Assembly: GCF_006345805.1 (NCBI RefSeq)
Contig: NC_042998.1
Coordinates: 9,114,001 to 9,178,000, forward strand
Origin: Octopus sinensis
Taxonomy: Eukaryota
Length of the DNA: 64,000 bases
Reading direction: 5' to 3'
Positions within the stretch are counted from its first letter, which is position 1. Each line of letters starts with the position of its first letter. Below, piece after piece: positions 1 to 12,282 of the stretch. The notes below the pieces were generated by a model. That model saw only the letters and a program-made list of their open reading frames with translations, ran no database searches and was not told the DNA's origin. Made by a program: the position numbers and the translations under genes.

Positions 1-300
1 AACGGTCGTCGGCATCTTCACCATCTCGTCCGGCAGCTTGTTCCACAGTAGTGTCCACACAGACAAAAAGACATAATGAGAGGTGCCTATTTACTTTTGA
101 GCTGTCTTTGTATAGGCACATTATGACCAAATGGTTAAAAAGTTCACTTAAGAATTATGAGATCTCAGGTTTGACCTCACCTCATGTTGCCATGTTTATT
201 ATAAAGACTGATAAGAAAATATTAGATCTACATATTGTCTAATTATTATCAGCACATGTTCCACTCTGCACTTAGAAATATTTTCTTGTCATTTGCTAGT
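1..300 (-). mobile_element. Degenerate CR1/L2-type LINE, 3' coding remnant
   Basis: Minus strand reads ..GHNMCLYKDSSKVNRHL..WTLLWNKLPDEMVKMPTTV across frameshifts, like the GH.LKL..SR...RR.FFS.RV..LWN.LP C-terminal signature of CR1/L2 ORF2; runs off the window edge. Confidence 0.55.
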
Positions 301-398
301 TTATATGTCTCTTATAAATATAAAAATATTAACATTTATATTAATATGTGAACTACTTCCTCTCATACTCTCTTTCTCTCTGTCTCTCTGCATGTCCA

Positions 399-435
<37 letters not shown>

Positions 436-1963
436 CTCTTTCTCAACAAATGCACATGTCCACACACTCACACACACATATACATACACACACACACACA
501 CAAACACATATACACACATATATGCAATAGAAAGCTGACTGAAAAATGGAAGATTTTTTTCTTTTTTTCTGAAGAATTTCTGGAAGAAAAAAAAAAATTA
601 ATAAAGATAAATGTTAAAGACTGTAATACGTATTTGTGAAATTAATATTGCTTTTGTTTTTTGTATTTTTTTTTTTTTTTTTAGTTTTAGCTTTTATTAT
701 TTCAAAAACATCCACAAAATATAAAATAAACAGAATAATTCAGACTGAAACTCAATTGATTATTTTACGAAATCTTTTTTTTATCTCCATCAAAATTATC
801 AAAATTATAAACTTTGAGAAATATTCAAGTTATAAAACTGAAATATATTGGAAGAATTATAACATATTTCCATGAAGCAAACCAGCTTCATAGATCAAAA
901 AATTTAAGTATAAATGTAATAAAATATAGATTATGATTACATTCTGTCATTATATGATCTGTGTAAATTCTCCATGACAAGACACAGTGAATAGTGAATT
1001 TGTTGGTGTAAAGTCATCTTTTTCTCATATTTATTATTAACTACAATTTCCTGCATCGGGAAATGAGTCATAAATTTGTGGTACTCTCACTAAAACCAAC
1101 TCTGGTACATGAAAGATAGTTATTTTGTTAACCCTGCTTAATAAAAATATAAACTCAGAACATACAAGGATGGAACTAAATACTGTCTTACAATTATTTC
1201 TGCCACCCACTACTGATTATTAATTGATTGAATAGGCACATGTGTGGCTGAGTAGTAAGAAGTTTGCTTTCCAATCACATGGTTTCAGGTTCAGTCCTGC
1301 TGCATGGCACTTGCACTTTAGGCAGGTATCTTCTGCTACAGCCCTGGGCTGACCAAAGCCTTATGGGTGAATTCAGTAAATTGAAACAAAAGAAGCCTAC
1401 CTGTCATATGTGTGTGTGTGTTTGTGTGCATGTGTGTGTTACTGTCTCCTTTCCTTGATATTGTGTGACAGTTGTAAACAAGTGTCACCATCACACAAAT
1501 GGTGACCTTCATGTTCAGTCTTCCATGGAAACACGTCTGGTCACAGGGAAATATTTCTTTGCCTGAAAAGAGGTGAGGGTTGGCAGCACGAAGGGCATCC
1601 AGCTATAGCAAAAATATGCCTCAACAAATTTCATCTGACCCATGCAGGTATGGAAAAGTGGACGTTAAAATGATGATGATGATGATGATGACAATAACAA
1701 CAACTGCAGTAACAATGTGAACATTGATGATGATCTGCTACTAAGATTCATAATACAAGAAGAATGAGATTACATCATAATCTTGTCTTCCCCAGAAGTA
1801 TTAACAAATGTATAACACAATTTCAAGTGCAAATTGAAACCAGGATGAAACCAGGATGATTAATTAAGAATTTGCCACGAGACACACTTATTACTCATTG
1901 GTAATATTTACTGACTGAGTGACAATTTTAATAGCTTCTCTACTTAAATTCTACTTGTGCACA

Positions 1964-2361
1964 TCTTTATATATAAAAGTGAAGTTGTGTGTCTGTCTCC
2001 TACGATTTAGATTCCTAACTACTCCCACATTTTGTGGTGCAGTGTAACTAAAAGCGGGTATCTTATAGTCGTGATTCATATTGAGCCCTCCTGGGTATTA
2101 GCACGCGTCTACGATGAGTCTACGATTTTAAAAATAATTTACCATCATTTTTTCCCATTTTTAATGTTTTTTTCGCTATTATATAAGGGAAGTAACTCTC
2201 TAAAAATGTCTACGATGAGTCAACGATTTTAAAAAAAATTTACCATCATTTTTTTTACATTTTTAATGCATTTTTTTGCTATCTTTTGGCTATAACTCTC
2301 TAAAAATGCTTATATAGTTATTTCCCTTACAAACCCGAGCAACGCCAGGCGATACTGCTAG
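1964..2361 (+). mobile_element. Non-autonomous Helitron (family H1)
   Basis: A|TCTTTATATATAAAAG 5' end; 3' CCCGAGCAACGCCAGGCGATACTGCTAG|T (subterminal hairpin plus CTAG); internal tandem duplication; second copy at 24169-24473. Confidence 0.75.
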
Positions 2362-2542
2362 TTGGTAATATATATTGACTGAGTGACAATTTTAATAGCT
2401 TCTCTACTTAAATTCTACTTGTGCACATTTCTGATATTAATAACCAAAGTATGTTGAATTTTTTTGAACTTTTTTTTTACATGCCACATATTAAATCTTG
2501 ATCTGTTTTTAGTAGAAGTCAATTCAATTTGAGATTCTCTCT

Positions 2543-2942
2543 TTTTACTCTTACTCTTTTACTTCTTTCAGTCATTTGACTGTGGTCATGCTGGAACACT
2601 GCCTTTAGTTGAGCAAATCGACTCCAGGACTTATTCTTTGTAAGCCTAGTACTTATTCCATCGGTCTCTTTTGCCAAACTGCTAAGTTACGGGGGACGTA
2701 AACACACCAGCATCGGTTGTCAAGCGATGTTGGGGTGAACAAACAGAAACGACATAAACATATACACTCACATACATATACATATATATGACGGGCTTCT
2801 TTCAGTTTCCATCTACCAAATCCACTCACAAGGCTTTGGTCAGCCCGAGGGTATAGTAGAAGACACTTGCCCAGGGTGCTACGCAGTGGGACTGAACCCG
2901 GAACCATGTGGTTGGTAAGAAAGCTACTTACCACACAGCCAC
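2543..2942 (-). mobile_element. tRNA-derived SINE family A
   Basis: About 400 bp: head GTGGCTGTGTGGTAAG (A box)...GGTTCAGTCCC (B box), internal (TA/TG)n, tail GACTGAAA..GTAAAAGAG; many near-identical copies in window. Confidence 0.9.
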
Positions 2943-3203
2943 ATTATCCAAGAAGTAGTATTCATCCTTACCATTTCACCATTACCAGGGCTGTCAAAAC
3001 AGCATTATAGGACCCAAAGTAAAGCAAAATCTTTGGGTTCTACAGTCACAGCATAGATTAGCATTGGGCCCCTGAGACCCTGAGAGGAATGTCCAGTGTA
3101 TTCCACACTTTAAGATAAAACTGGTCATTATCACTACTGCTTACTTGATTGGTCTAGCTTCTCTGATTTTTTCTATTACTAGCACTCTCAAAATGACTAT
3201 TGC

Positions 3204-3238
<35 letters not shown>

Positions 3239-4462
3239 ATACAGACTGTTGTTCACATGAAGAGGTCAACTAAATTTTGTAACATTCAACAGTGAGATTC
3301 TCGTTCAAATCAGTCGACCAATCACTTTTGCCCAGACTCAATCCTCATTCTTTAATACATGTTCCTTTAATGGAAGATCGAATCAGGATAGTTGGAGACA
3401 TCATTCCTACATTGCTACACAATTCCTTGCTGATTCGCTAACAAACTTAGAATAAAGATATAAAATACAATTCCTCATGTGTGTTGAGCATGTTTGTAAC
3501 TTTTCAGGAACAAACCTGCCAACTGGAATGTAGAATATTGCCCTTTTGTTTTTGCTTTGCTTTGTTTTGTGCTCCCCTCCCCTCCCCACCACCACCACCA
3601 CCAATTCAGTTGTTCATTAGCCCTTCCCTAGATTGTATTTCCCTTCACAGCCCCAAATACTATTTGATAGCAACTTTGGTAAGTTTAGATAATTCTTTAC
3701 TGCATAACTTCTGTAAGGAACTCATGGAATTGTGAAATGATAAGCAAAAATGCTGGAACCTGCTTAAATAAGTTCATAAATCTGTTATAAATAAAATTTT
3801 TTTTAAAAATCAAAAACCTTGAACAATACAAACAAACAATAAATAAAGCAAAATAGTATATAAATATATATATATATATATATATAGCTTTTTCATGTAT
3901 TTATAAAAGAATGTGTGATTTGAAAGTGACAGAAAACTAAAAATAAATAACAATTTTCAACTCTGTTGAATAATCCATTATTCCACATCAGTGCTTTGGT
4001 TACAATTCATTTGGAAGACTGGGTATAGCTGGTCTGTTATAATCTAATTTAAAATGTATTATTTTAGGAAGTAGCTTAACCCAAGCAATATAGCAGTATC
4101 AGTGAAAATATATAATGCAGTTATTTTCAGTTTTTTTGTGAAGGTATAACTGCAATCGCCTTTCACAAAGGAAAAAAAAATAAAAACAAAACATCTTTAT
4201 AACATGGTTCAGTTTCTGTCAGCTCTTTGGCAAAATAAAATGTTTAGTGCATCACAGTGTATCATTAATACACTAAATTTGATTTTCACTGGACTTGCAT
4301 TCAGAAATATGATGTATGAGACTATGAAATAAATACTCTGTGAGGCAAATGTAGCCTAGGCAGATTCAGACATAATTGAAACATTTTAATTAATATTCGT
4401 ATAAATATAGCATGTTACATGAACATGAATAAGATGATAAATGAATGTGTATAGATGTGTGA

Positions 4463-4810
4463 GTGAAGGTACATGGCTCAGTGGTTAGAGCGTCGAGCTT
4501 ACGATCGTGAGGTTGTGAGCTCAAATCCCGGACCGGGCTGCGTGTTGTGTTCTTGAGTAAGACACTTTATTTCACGTTGCTCCAGTTCAGTCAGCTGTAG
4601 AAATGAATAGTGACATCACAGGTGCCAAGCTGTATCGGCCCCTTTGCCTTTCCCTTGGATAACACTGGTAGCGTGGAGAGGGGAGGCCAGTATGCATGGG
4701 CGACTGCTGGTCTTCCATAAACAACCTTGCCCAGACATGTGACTAGGAGGGTAACTTTCTAGGTGCAATCCCATGGTCAGTGTCGTGACCAAAGGAGGTC
4801 CCAGATCCCA
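4463..4810 (+). mobile_element. tRNA-derived SINE family D
   Basis: Head TGGCTCAGTGGTTAGAGCG...TCAAATCCCGG, then TGTGTTCTTGAGTAAGACACTTT core; related copies at 25340-25805, 42130-42408, 47575-47815. Confidence 0.75.
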
Positions 4811-4870
4811 GATGGATGTGTGACAACAAGCACATATCATGGTTACTTTGGGACTTTAGAAGTGATTTAA

Positions 4871-5417
4871 CCCTGTAGCGTTCAGATTATTCAGCAGTTA
4901 AATATGTTTATTTATGTAGCGTCAACGAGTGTCAGCGGGCAACTGACTGTCTTGTCAAAAAAAAAAAAAAATTTTAAGGGAAATATTTGACAAGACAGTC
5001 AGTCGCCCGCTGACACTTGTTGACGCTACATCAAAGAGGCCAGGGAACAGAAGAAAGAAGACAGAAGACATACACTCAACACCAGAGCTGAAGACACCTC
5101 CGAAAGGGGGGGCCCCGCCATGTCAAAACAGTAGAGGAGTAGGGGCCGAAACTAGACGTGGTTCCTCCTGATGATGTCTTGAGCTAAATGGATCCTATAA
5201 AGGAGCTGTTGTGGTAGCAGACCACGAAACACGGTTGAAATTCCCCATTGGTTTGAATTAACCATGCAGTATCTCGTAGCTTCAAGATTTTAATGATGTG
5301 ATTGTTTATTTTTAGAATGACATTGTAGGGTAAGTGTGAGAGGCCAAATACGGCCAGTTTGAACATAAAACAGGTGAGATATTAGGGCTGGATATGGTTG
5401 GCTTAAATACTAAAGGG
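4871..5417. mobile_element. piggyBac-type MITE (TTAA-flanked) carrying a nested insert at about 4915-5240
   Basis: TTAA|CCCTGTAGCGTT ... AATACTAAAGGG|TTAA; its right part matches a truncated inverted copy at 56269-56410. Confidence 0.6.
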
Positions 5418-5615
5418 TTAAAGACTGCATAGGTCAATACTCTCAATGTTCATAAATACATCTGTGGTTGATAAAATAATTAATATGCTTGCTTAAAATA
5501 TATACAATACATATATATATATATATATATGAACATGGCTTTATATATAAATATTTAAAGTCATGCTCAAATGCACCTCTACTATGGTTTGATTGTCTAG
5601 CTTAAAGGCAATAAC

Positions 5616-5639
5616 TTTATTTGTAAATATACATTTATT
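5616..5639 (-). promoter_or_regulatory. Candidate polyadenylation signals of the FAM81-like gene
   Basis: Two AATAAA on minus strand (5616-5621, 5634-5639) about 250 nt past the stop codon; AT-rich context makes chance occurrence likely. Confidence 0.25.
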
Positions 5640-5885
5640 AATGTATAAGTTCCCATTGTGTATTTTATATGCATGTAAAAAAACAAGAACACATACCTTG
5701 GTAAACGGGCATATGAAAAATGCAATTTTGTGTGGAAGATAGTCATTTCATTCAACGAAATTTTGAATGAGAAAAGAGCAACACAGAGCAAATTATATTA
5801 CTGTATGTTCAGTTTACTTGCTCACTGTCAGTGTTATAAACTAATGAAATGTGCTGTGCTACCATAAAATATATGGTCAATGATA

Positions 5886-6089
5886 TCACATAAGAACTAC
5901 CATTTTCCTTATCTGACTGATTTCTTTCCGCAGTAACTGTTCCATAAGCAAGCATTTGCCATCTACTATTTTATCCATGTTGCTAAGTCCTTCATGAACA
6001 GCCAGAAATCCGCTCCGACACTCTTCTTTCCAATGGTCCATGTTCTTCTGGAGTTGCTTATAGACAGTGTTTAATTGATCTTTCATAGA
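5886..6089 (-). CDS. FAM81: Terminal coding exon of a FAM81-family coiled-coil protein
   Basis: Acceptor tctcttcag| then SMKDQLNTVYKQLQKNMDHWKEECRSGFLAVHEGLSNMDKIVDGKCLLMEQLLRKEISQIRKMVVLM*; resembles the recalled FAM81A/B C-terminus (GF.AV.ES...L..K..L...QL.K.I); not database-confirmed. Confidence 0.75.
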   Translation of the reverse strand, partial: SMKDQLNTVYKQLQKNMDHWKEECRSGFLAVHEGLSNMDKIVDGKCLLMEQLLRKEISQIRKMVVLM

Positions 6090-6245
6090 CTGAAGAGATA
6101 TGGACAAAAACAAAATGCTGATTTGGTAAGGTTGATTAATATCAAAGTGCGGTTATTTTGTTAAAAACATTTTTATATCAACTCTACTTCAAACATGGAT
6201 TAGTCTTGCCAGTTCATAAGTATTATTTAAACATAAATCATTAGC

Positions 6246-6395
6246 TAGCTTGCTTACCAACCACATGGTCCCGGGTTCAGTCCCACTGTGTGGCATCTTG
6301 GGCAAGTGTCTTCTACTATAACCTCGGGCCAACCAAAGCCTTGTGAGTGAATTTGGTAGACGGAAACTGAAAGAAGCCTGTCGTATATATGTATG

Positions 6396-6448
<53 letters not shown>

Positions 6449-6673
6449 TGTGTGTGTGTGTGTGTGTTTGTGAGTCTGTGTTTGTCCCCCCAACATCGCT
6501 TGACAACTGATGCTGGTGTGTTTACGTCCCCGTAACTTAGCGGTTCGGCAAAAAGAGACCGATAGAATAAGTACTAGGCTTCCAAAGAATAAGTCCTGGG
6601 GTCGATTTGCCCGACTAAAAAGGCGGTGCTCCAGCATGGCTGCAGTCAAATGACTGAAACGAGTAAGAGAGTA
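6246..6673 (+). mobile_element. SINE family A (head slightly truncated)
   Basis: Matches family A consensus, expanded internal (TG)n. Confidence 0.9.
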
Positions 6674-6930
6674 AACAGTGATTAAGCATGTAGGATAGAT
6701 TTTGGCTAGTTAAACTATCAGACTTTATGTCTAATGATTCCAACAAGGAAGGAATTTGTGGTGAGAACAAAGAGAAGAAATTACAACAGAAATGTAGTAT
6801 ATTGATTATAAATAGTCAGAATTAAAAAGTAATTACTAAACTGAGAAAGTAGGAATTAGTAGATAAAATGTTCGAAAATGGGGATAAGAAAACAAGCATT
6901 TCCTTAAACATACCAAAGTTTGTATGGATA

Positions 6931-7328
6931 CTCTTACTCTTTTACTCTTTTATTTGTTTCAGTCATTTGACTGCGGCCATGTTGGAGCACCGCCTTTAGT
7001 TGAGCAAATCGACCCCGGGACTTATTCTTTGTAAGCCCAGTACTTATTCTATCGGTCTTTTTTGCCGAACCGCTAAGTGACGGGGACGTAAACACACCAG
7101 CATCGGTTGTCAAGCAAATGCTAGGGGGACAAACACACATACGCATATATATATATATATATACATATATACGACAGGCTTCTTTCAGTTTCTGTCTACC
7201 AAATCCACTCACAAGGCATTGGTCGGCCCAGGGCTATAGCAGAAGACACTTGCCCAAGATGCCACGCAGTGGGACTGAACCCAGAACCATGGTTAGCAAG
7301 CTACTTACCACCCAGCCACTCCTGCGCC
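6931..7328 (-). mobile_element. SINE family A
   Basis: Full head-to-tail match to family A. Confidence 0.9.
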
Positions 7329-7920
7329 TAATACTGTAAAATGTAAAAAAATACTATAATGTATCATCACTCTTTAATACGGTGATTTTGATAGGATTTG
7401 AAACCCTACTCTATGGATCAGTAGCCCAGCACCTTAACCTCTCAACCACTACAAAATGAGATACTATCAGAATATTACAACAGCTTATTCTGGTAGAAAT
7501 AGTACAATTTTTAGAAGAATGAATTTTATTTAAAATTCCTTATAGAGAACAAGGATACAGCCAAGCACTAATTTGTTCTAAGGGCTACTAAAGCCTATGT
7601 AGTTTTGTTCTATGTGTAAGAAGGAATAATTAGGAAACTCAATATTTTGTAATACTTGAGTGCATAGAAGTGCTGCCGAAACAAAAAAACATTGACTAGG
7701 AAGCAAAACTTTAAGTATTCTCACAACATTTGAGGATGAGGTAAAGATTAAGGATTACTCATAAAGAGTACAACATAAATTTTCTGACTTGGTTGAAATT
7801 AGATATGCTGATGAAGTGAAATATGTCATAATGACTAAAGATAGGAAGGGAGTAGAAGTTTAAAAAAAAAAGAAACTAGAACTTCTGTGAGAAACAACAA
7901 ATTTCTTGAACTAATGAGAA

Positions 7921-8330
7921 AGGCACAGGAGTGGCTGTGTGGTAAGTAGCTTGCTAACCAACCACATGGTTCAGGGTTCAGCCCCACTGCGTGGCATCTT
8001 GGGCAAGTGTTTTCTGCTATAGCCCCGGGCCGACCAATGCCTTGTGAGTGGATTTGGTAGACGGAAACTGAAAGAAGCCTGTTGTATATATGTATATATA
8101 TATGTGTATGTGTATGTTTGTGTGTCTGTGTTTGTCCCCCTAGCATTGCTTGACAACCAATGCTGGTGTGTTTATGTCCCCGTTACTTAGCGGTTCGGCA
8201 AAAGAGATCGATAGAATAAGTACTGGGCTTACAAAGAATAAGTCCCGGGGTCAATTTGCTCGACTAAAGGCGGTGCTCCAGCATGGCTGCAGTCAAAATG
8301 ACTGAAACAAGTAAAAGAGTAAAAGAGAGA
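7921..8330 (+). mobile_element. SINE family A
   Basis: Full match to family A. Confidence 0.9.
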
Positions 8331-9256
8331 GAGTCTCTATGGGAACAGCAGTCAAATATGCCTCAAATTAAACGCTACCATTTTAAAATAAATGATGTTT
8401 TGAAGTAAAAACATTGAGTATGAACTCAAAGGAAGTGAAATGATTGCAAAGAAAGAAACAAGGTGAATGAGTTTCATTGAGTGTGCAATGCAATCCACAA
8501 GAAGGGTTAGGAGCAAATAAACCCAAGACTGCTACAGATATCTGATGCCGAGAAATAGTATCTTCTGAAAATGTGTCACGAATAACCTTGAGGTTCACAA
8601 AGAAGACAATACGAGACTAAGGCAATGCAAGAGACGCAATGAAATCCTGTTCGACTCATACCATATTAAAAACAAACATAGAAACAGAAAGATGATATCC
8701 CTTTATAATAATTCCAAATAAAAAAAACACATTACTATTTTCTTTTTTATTTTCATTTTTTTTCCATTTTTTTTCTTACATTTTTTTTTTTTTCATTTTT
8801 CTTTTCTCTTTTTTTGTGAGCATGGAAAGCTTCAAAAGAAAATCAAGAATAAAAAGATTCTGTGAAGAATCTCTTGAAATCTCACTTTACTGCATAAATA
8901 CATACTGAAGTGGAACACTTTGGAAAAAGTAAATATTTGTGATTATTATGCTGTAATATTTAAATGATAAGGAATTGGTTTCTATATTTGAAATATAAGT
9001 TTGTGCAGTGTTGCAAAACAAATGTAAAATGGTAGCAGAAACAGTCTGGCGATGATTGTACCACATAAACTACCAGATTAAAGAACGGAATTCCAATAAA
9101 ATGAACAAAAGAGGCAGTTTGTAATGAAAGTAGCAGAACAAGTTTTGGTTTTGAGGAGAGAATTTTAATATACTTGAAGTAAGAACATATTGGAACCTCT
9201 CTAGACACTAGACTACATGGTAATACAACAAATTGGTTATTTACAATGTTGATTTT

Positions 9257-9643
9257 GGATGGAAGCACTCCGTCGGTTATGACGATGAGGGTTCCGGTTG
9301 ATCCGATCAACAGAACAGCCTGCTCGTGAAATTAACGTGTAAGTGGCTCAGCACTCCACAGACACGTGTACCCTTAACGTAGTTCTCAGGGATATTCAGC
9401 GTGACACAGAGAGTGACAAGGCCGGCCCTTTGAAATACAGGTACAACAGAAACAGGAAGTAAGAGTGAGAGAATGTTGTGGTGAAAGAGTACAGCAGGGA
9501 TCACCACCATCCCCTGCCGGAGCCTCGTGGAGCTTTAGGTGTTTTCGCTCAATAAATACTCACAACGCCCGGTCTGGGAATCGAAACCGCGATCCTACAA
9601 CCGCGAGTCCGCTGCCCTAACCACTGGGCCATTGCGCCTCCAC
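9257..9643 (-). mobile_element. tRNA-derived SINE family C with 15-bp TSD
   Basis: Head GTGGAGGCGCAATGGCCCAGTGGTTAGGGCAGCGG...GGTTTCGATTCCC; TSD TACAATGTTGATTTT at 9242-9256 and 9644-9658. Confidence 0.9.
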
Positions 9644-9950
9644 TACAATGTTGATTTTATATGAACTAACACATATGTGTTATTTCATACACACACATAC
9701 ACACACACACAGACAGATGGACAGGCGGGTAGGTGGGTAAATAGTTGCTTGATTTAGTAGCCAAATCTCTGCCTAATCACACCATACTGCCTTGAAAAGA
9801 GGACACTTTAGATAATGTCATCCTAGATATGCAATGCCCAAGAGGAGAAAGGGAAGGTCATGGCTGGAATGTTTTTAATGATTGGCACCATCCATTCATA
9901 GTTGACCTAAGGTTAAACAACAACAGCAACAAAATCATATATCTATACTA

Positions 9951-10329
9951 GACTGGTTTCTGTGCCTGTGGCACATAAAAAGCACCATCCGAACATGGTT
10001 GATGCCAGCGCCGCCTTGGCTGCCTTCCGTGCCAGTGGAACATAAAAAGCACCATCCGAACGTGGCCGATGCCAGCGCCGCCTTAGCTGGCTTCCGTGCC
10101 GGTGGCACGTTAAAAGCACCAACCGATCGTGGCCGATGCCAGACCCCCCTGGCACCTGTGCAGGTGGCACATAAAAAGCACCCACTACACTCACGGAGTG
10201 GTTGGCGTTAGGAAGGGCATCCAGCTGTAGAAACACTGCCAAATCAGACTGGAGCCTGGTGCAGCCCTGGCTTCCCAGACCCTGGTCGAACCATCCAACC
10301 CATGCTAGCATGGAGAACGGATGTTAAAC

Positions 10330-10365
<36 letters not shown>
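9951..10365 (+). mobile_element. 5'-truncated RTE 3' end with 3 x 67-bp repeats and (GAT)n tail
   Basis: Shares GAGTGGTTGGCGTTAGGAAGGGCATCCAGCTGTAGAAAC...GTTAAACGATGATGAT with the LINE 3' end at 37.95-38.13 kb. Confidence 0.85.
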
Positions 10366-10626
10366 ACTATACTTCAAAACACTATAACTTCGCAGTAGAC
10401 TTTGTTGACTGTTACATCACACTACAACAGTGACCTGCAACCAGTATGCCATGAGACGATGCTAGGTGTGCCGCAGTGTAACCTGAATCTAACTTTCCCC
10501 TCTATATTTTTGGTTATATTTTTACTTCGGGTGTGCCAACGAAATTTTGAAAAGAGTACACGTGTACCTCAAGTGAAAAAGGGTTGCGGAGCACAGCCCT
10601 ATAATAAACTGCAATAAACTATACTG

Positions 10627-10857
10627 ACTCTTTTACTTGTTTCAGTCATTTGACTGTGGCCATGCTGGAGCACAGCCTTTAGTCGAGCAAATTGACCCCA
10701 GGACTTATTCTTTGTAAGCCTAGAACTTATCCTATCGGTCTCTTTTGCCAAACCGGTAAGTTATGGGGACGTAAACACACCACCATCAGTTGTCAAGCGA
10801 TGTTGGGGGGACAAACACACACTCACAAACACACACACACATACATTTATATATTAT

Positions 10858-10921
<64 letters not shown>

Positions 10922-10933
10922 TAGATAGATAGT

Positions 10934-10967
<34 letters not shown>

Positions 10968-11152
10968 CATACATACATACATACATATATATGAAGGGCT
11001 TCTTTCAGTTTGTCTACCAAATCCACTCACAAGGCTTTGGTCGGTCCGAGGCTATAGTACAAGAAACTTGCCCAAGGTGCCACACAGTGGGACTGAACCC
11101 GGAACTATGTGGTTCATAAGCAAGCTACTTACCACACAGCCACTCCTGCGCC
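10627..11152 (-). mobile_element. SINE family A with expanded (TA)n(GATA)n(CATA)n core
   Basis: Family A tail and head flank a 140-bp compound microsatellite. Confidence 0.9.
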
Positions 11153-11171
11153 GATAACTGTTCATCTTATA

Positions 11172-11395
11172 CCTATTTCTTTACTACCCACAAGGGGCTA
11201 AACACAGAGGGGACAAACAACGACAGACAAACGGACTAAGTCGATTACATCGACCCCAGTGCATAAATGGTACTTAATTTATCGACCCCGAAAGGATGAA
11301 AGGCAAAGTCGACCTCGGCGGAATTTGAACTCAGAACGTAACAGCAGACGAAATGCGGCTACGCATGTCGCCCGGCGTGCTAACGTTTCTACCAC
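11172..11395 (-). mobile_element. SINE family B
   Basis: ..GAAACGTTAGCACGCCGGGCG..GAGTTCAAATTCCGCCGAGGTCGACTTTGCCTTTCATCCTTTCGGGGTCGATAAATTAAGTACC..; other copies at 18625-18850, 43980-44205, 59255-60165, 63130-63670. Confidence 0.8.
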
Positions 11396-11865
11396 CATAA
11401 CATTCTACAGAATAATATAGTACGCTATTTTGACTGTTATATTATACTACAGTACATCTCAACACATTACAGAACAATATGTTGACTGTGAAAACTTATA
11501 TTGTGACACTCTGCTGTATTTAGTAATAAATAAATAAACAAGTGAATGAAAAAAAGAAAAAAGAAAAAAACTTTAATATTATTATGCGTCACTTCTTATT
11601 AACCTAGAAAAATTACGATAACAGCAACTTTCTGCAATCACAAAACAACATGCAAGGAAACAATATTTCAATTATTAAAAGGTAAAAATACATTTCTCTT
11701 ATTGTTTCATCATTCGTACATCACTAAGGAAGTTGGCAGTAAAGAATGATAACTGCAAGTTGAATTATTTGTGAGAAAGAATTGACAAACTGTGAGTTTC
11801 ACTCATCTATCAAAATCTATTACTTCAGCCCCGTGCAGCATGGGGCCATCAACAACTTTTTTACA

Positions 11866-12282
11866 CTCTTTACTCTTTTACTTCTTTCAGTCATTTGACT
11901 GCGGCCATGCTGGAACACCACCTTTAGTCGAGCAAATCGACCCTAGGACTTATTCTTTGGAAGCCTAGTACTTATTCTATCAGTCTCTTTTGCCGAACTA
12001 CTAAGTTACGGGGACGTAAACACACCAGCATCGGTTGTCAAGCGATGTTGGGGGACAAACACAGATACACAAACATATACACACACATACATACATACAT
12101 ATATATATATACATATATACGACAGGCTTCTTTCAGTTTCCATCTACCAAATCCTCTCACAAGGCTTTGGTCAGCCCGAGGCTATAGTAGAAGACACTTG
12201 CCCAAGGTGCCACGCAGTGGGACTGAACCCAGAACAATGTGGTTGGTAAGCAAGCTACCTACCACACAGCCGCTCCTGCGCC
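11866..12282 (-). mobile_element. SINE family A
   Basis: Full match to family A. Confidence 0.9.

Noticed and set aside
7800-7830. CTGATGAAGTGAAATATG hammerhead-like core
   Set aside because: No stem II.
7921-8000. tRNA genes at SINE heads (also 9570-9643, 41334-41410, 48232-48300)
   Set aside because: A/B boxes are present but the cloverleaf is imperfect and each continues into a SINE body or simple-repeat tail.
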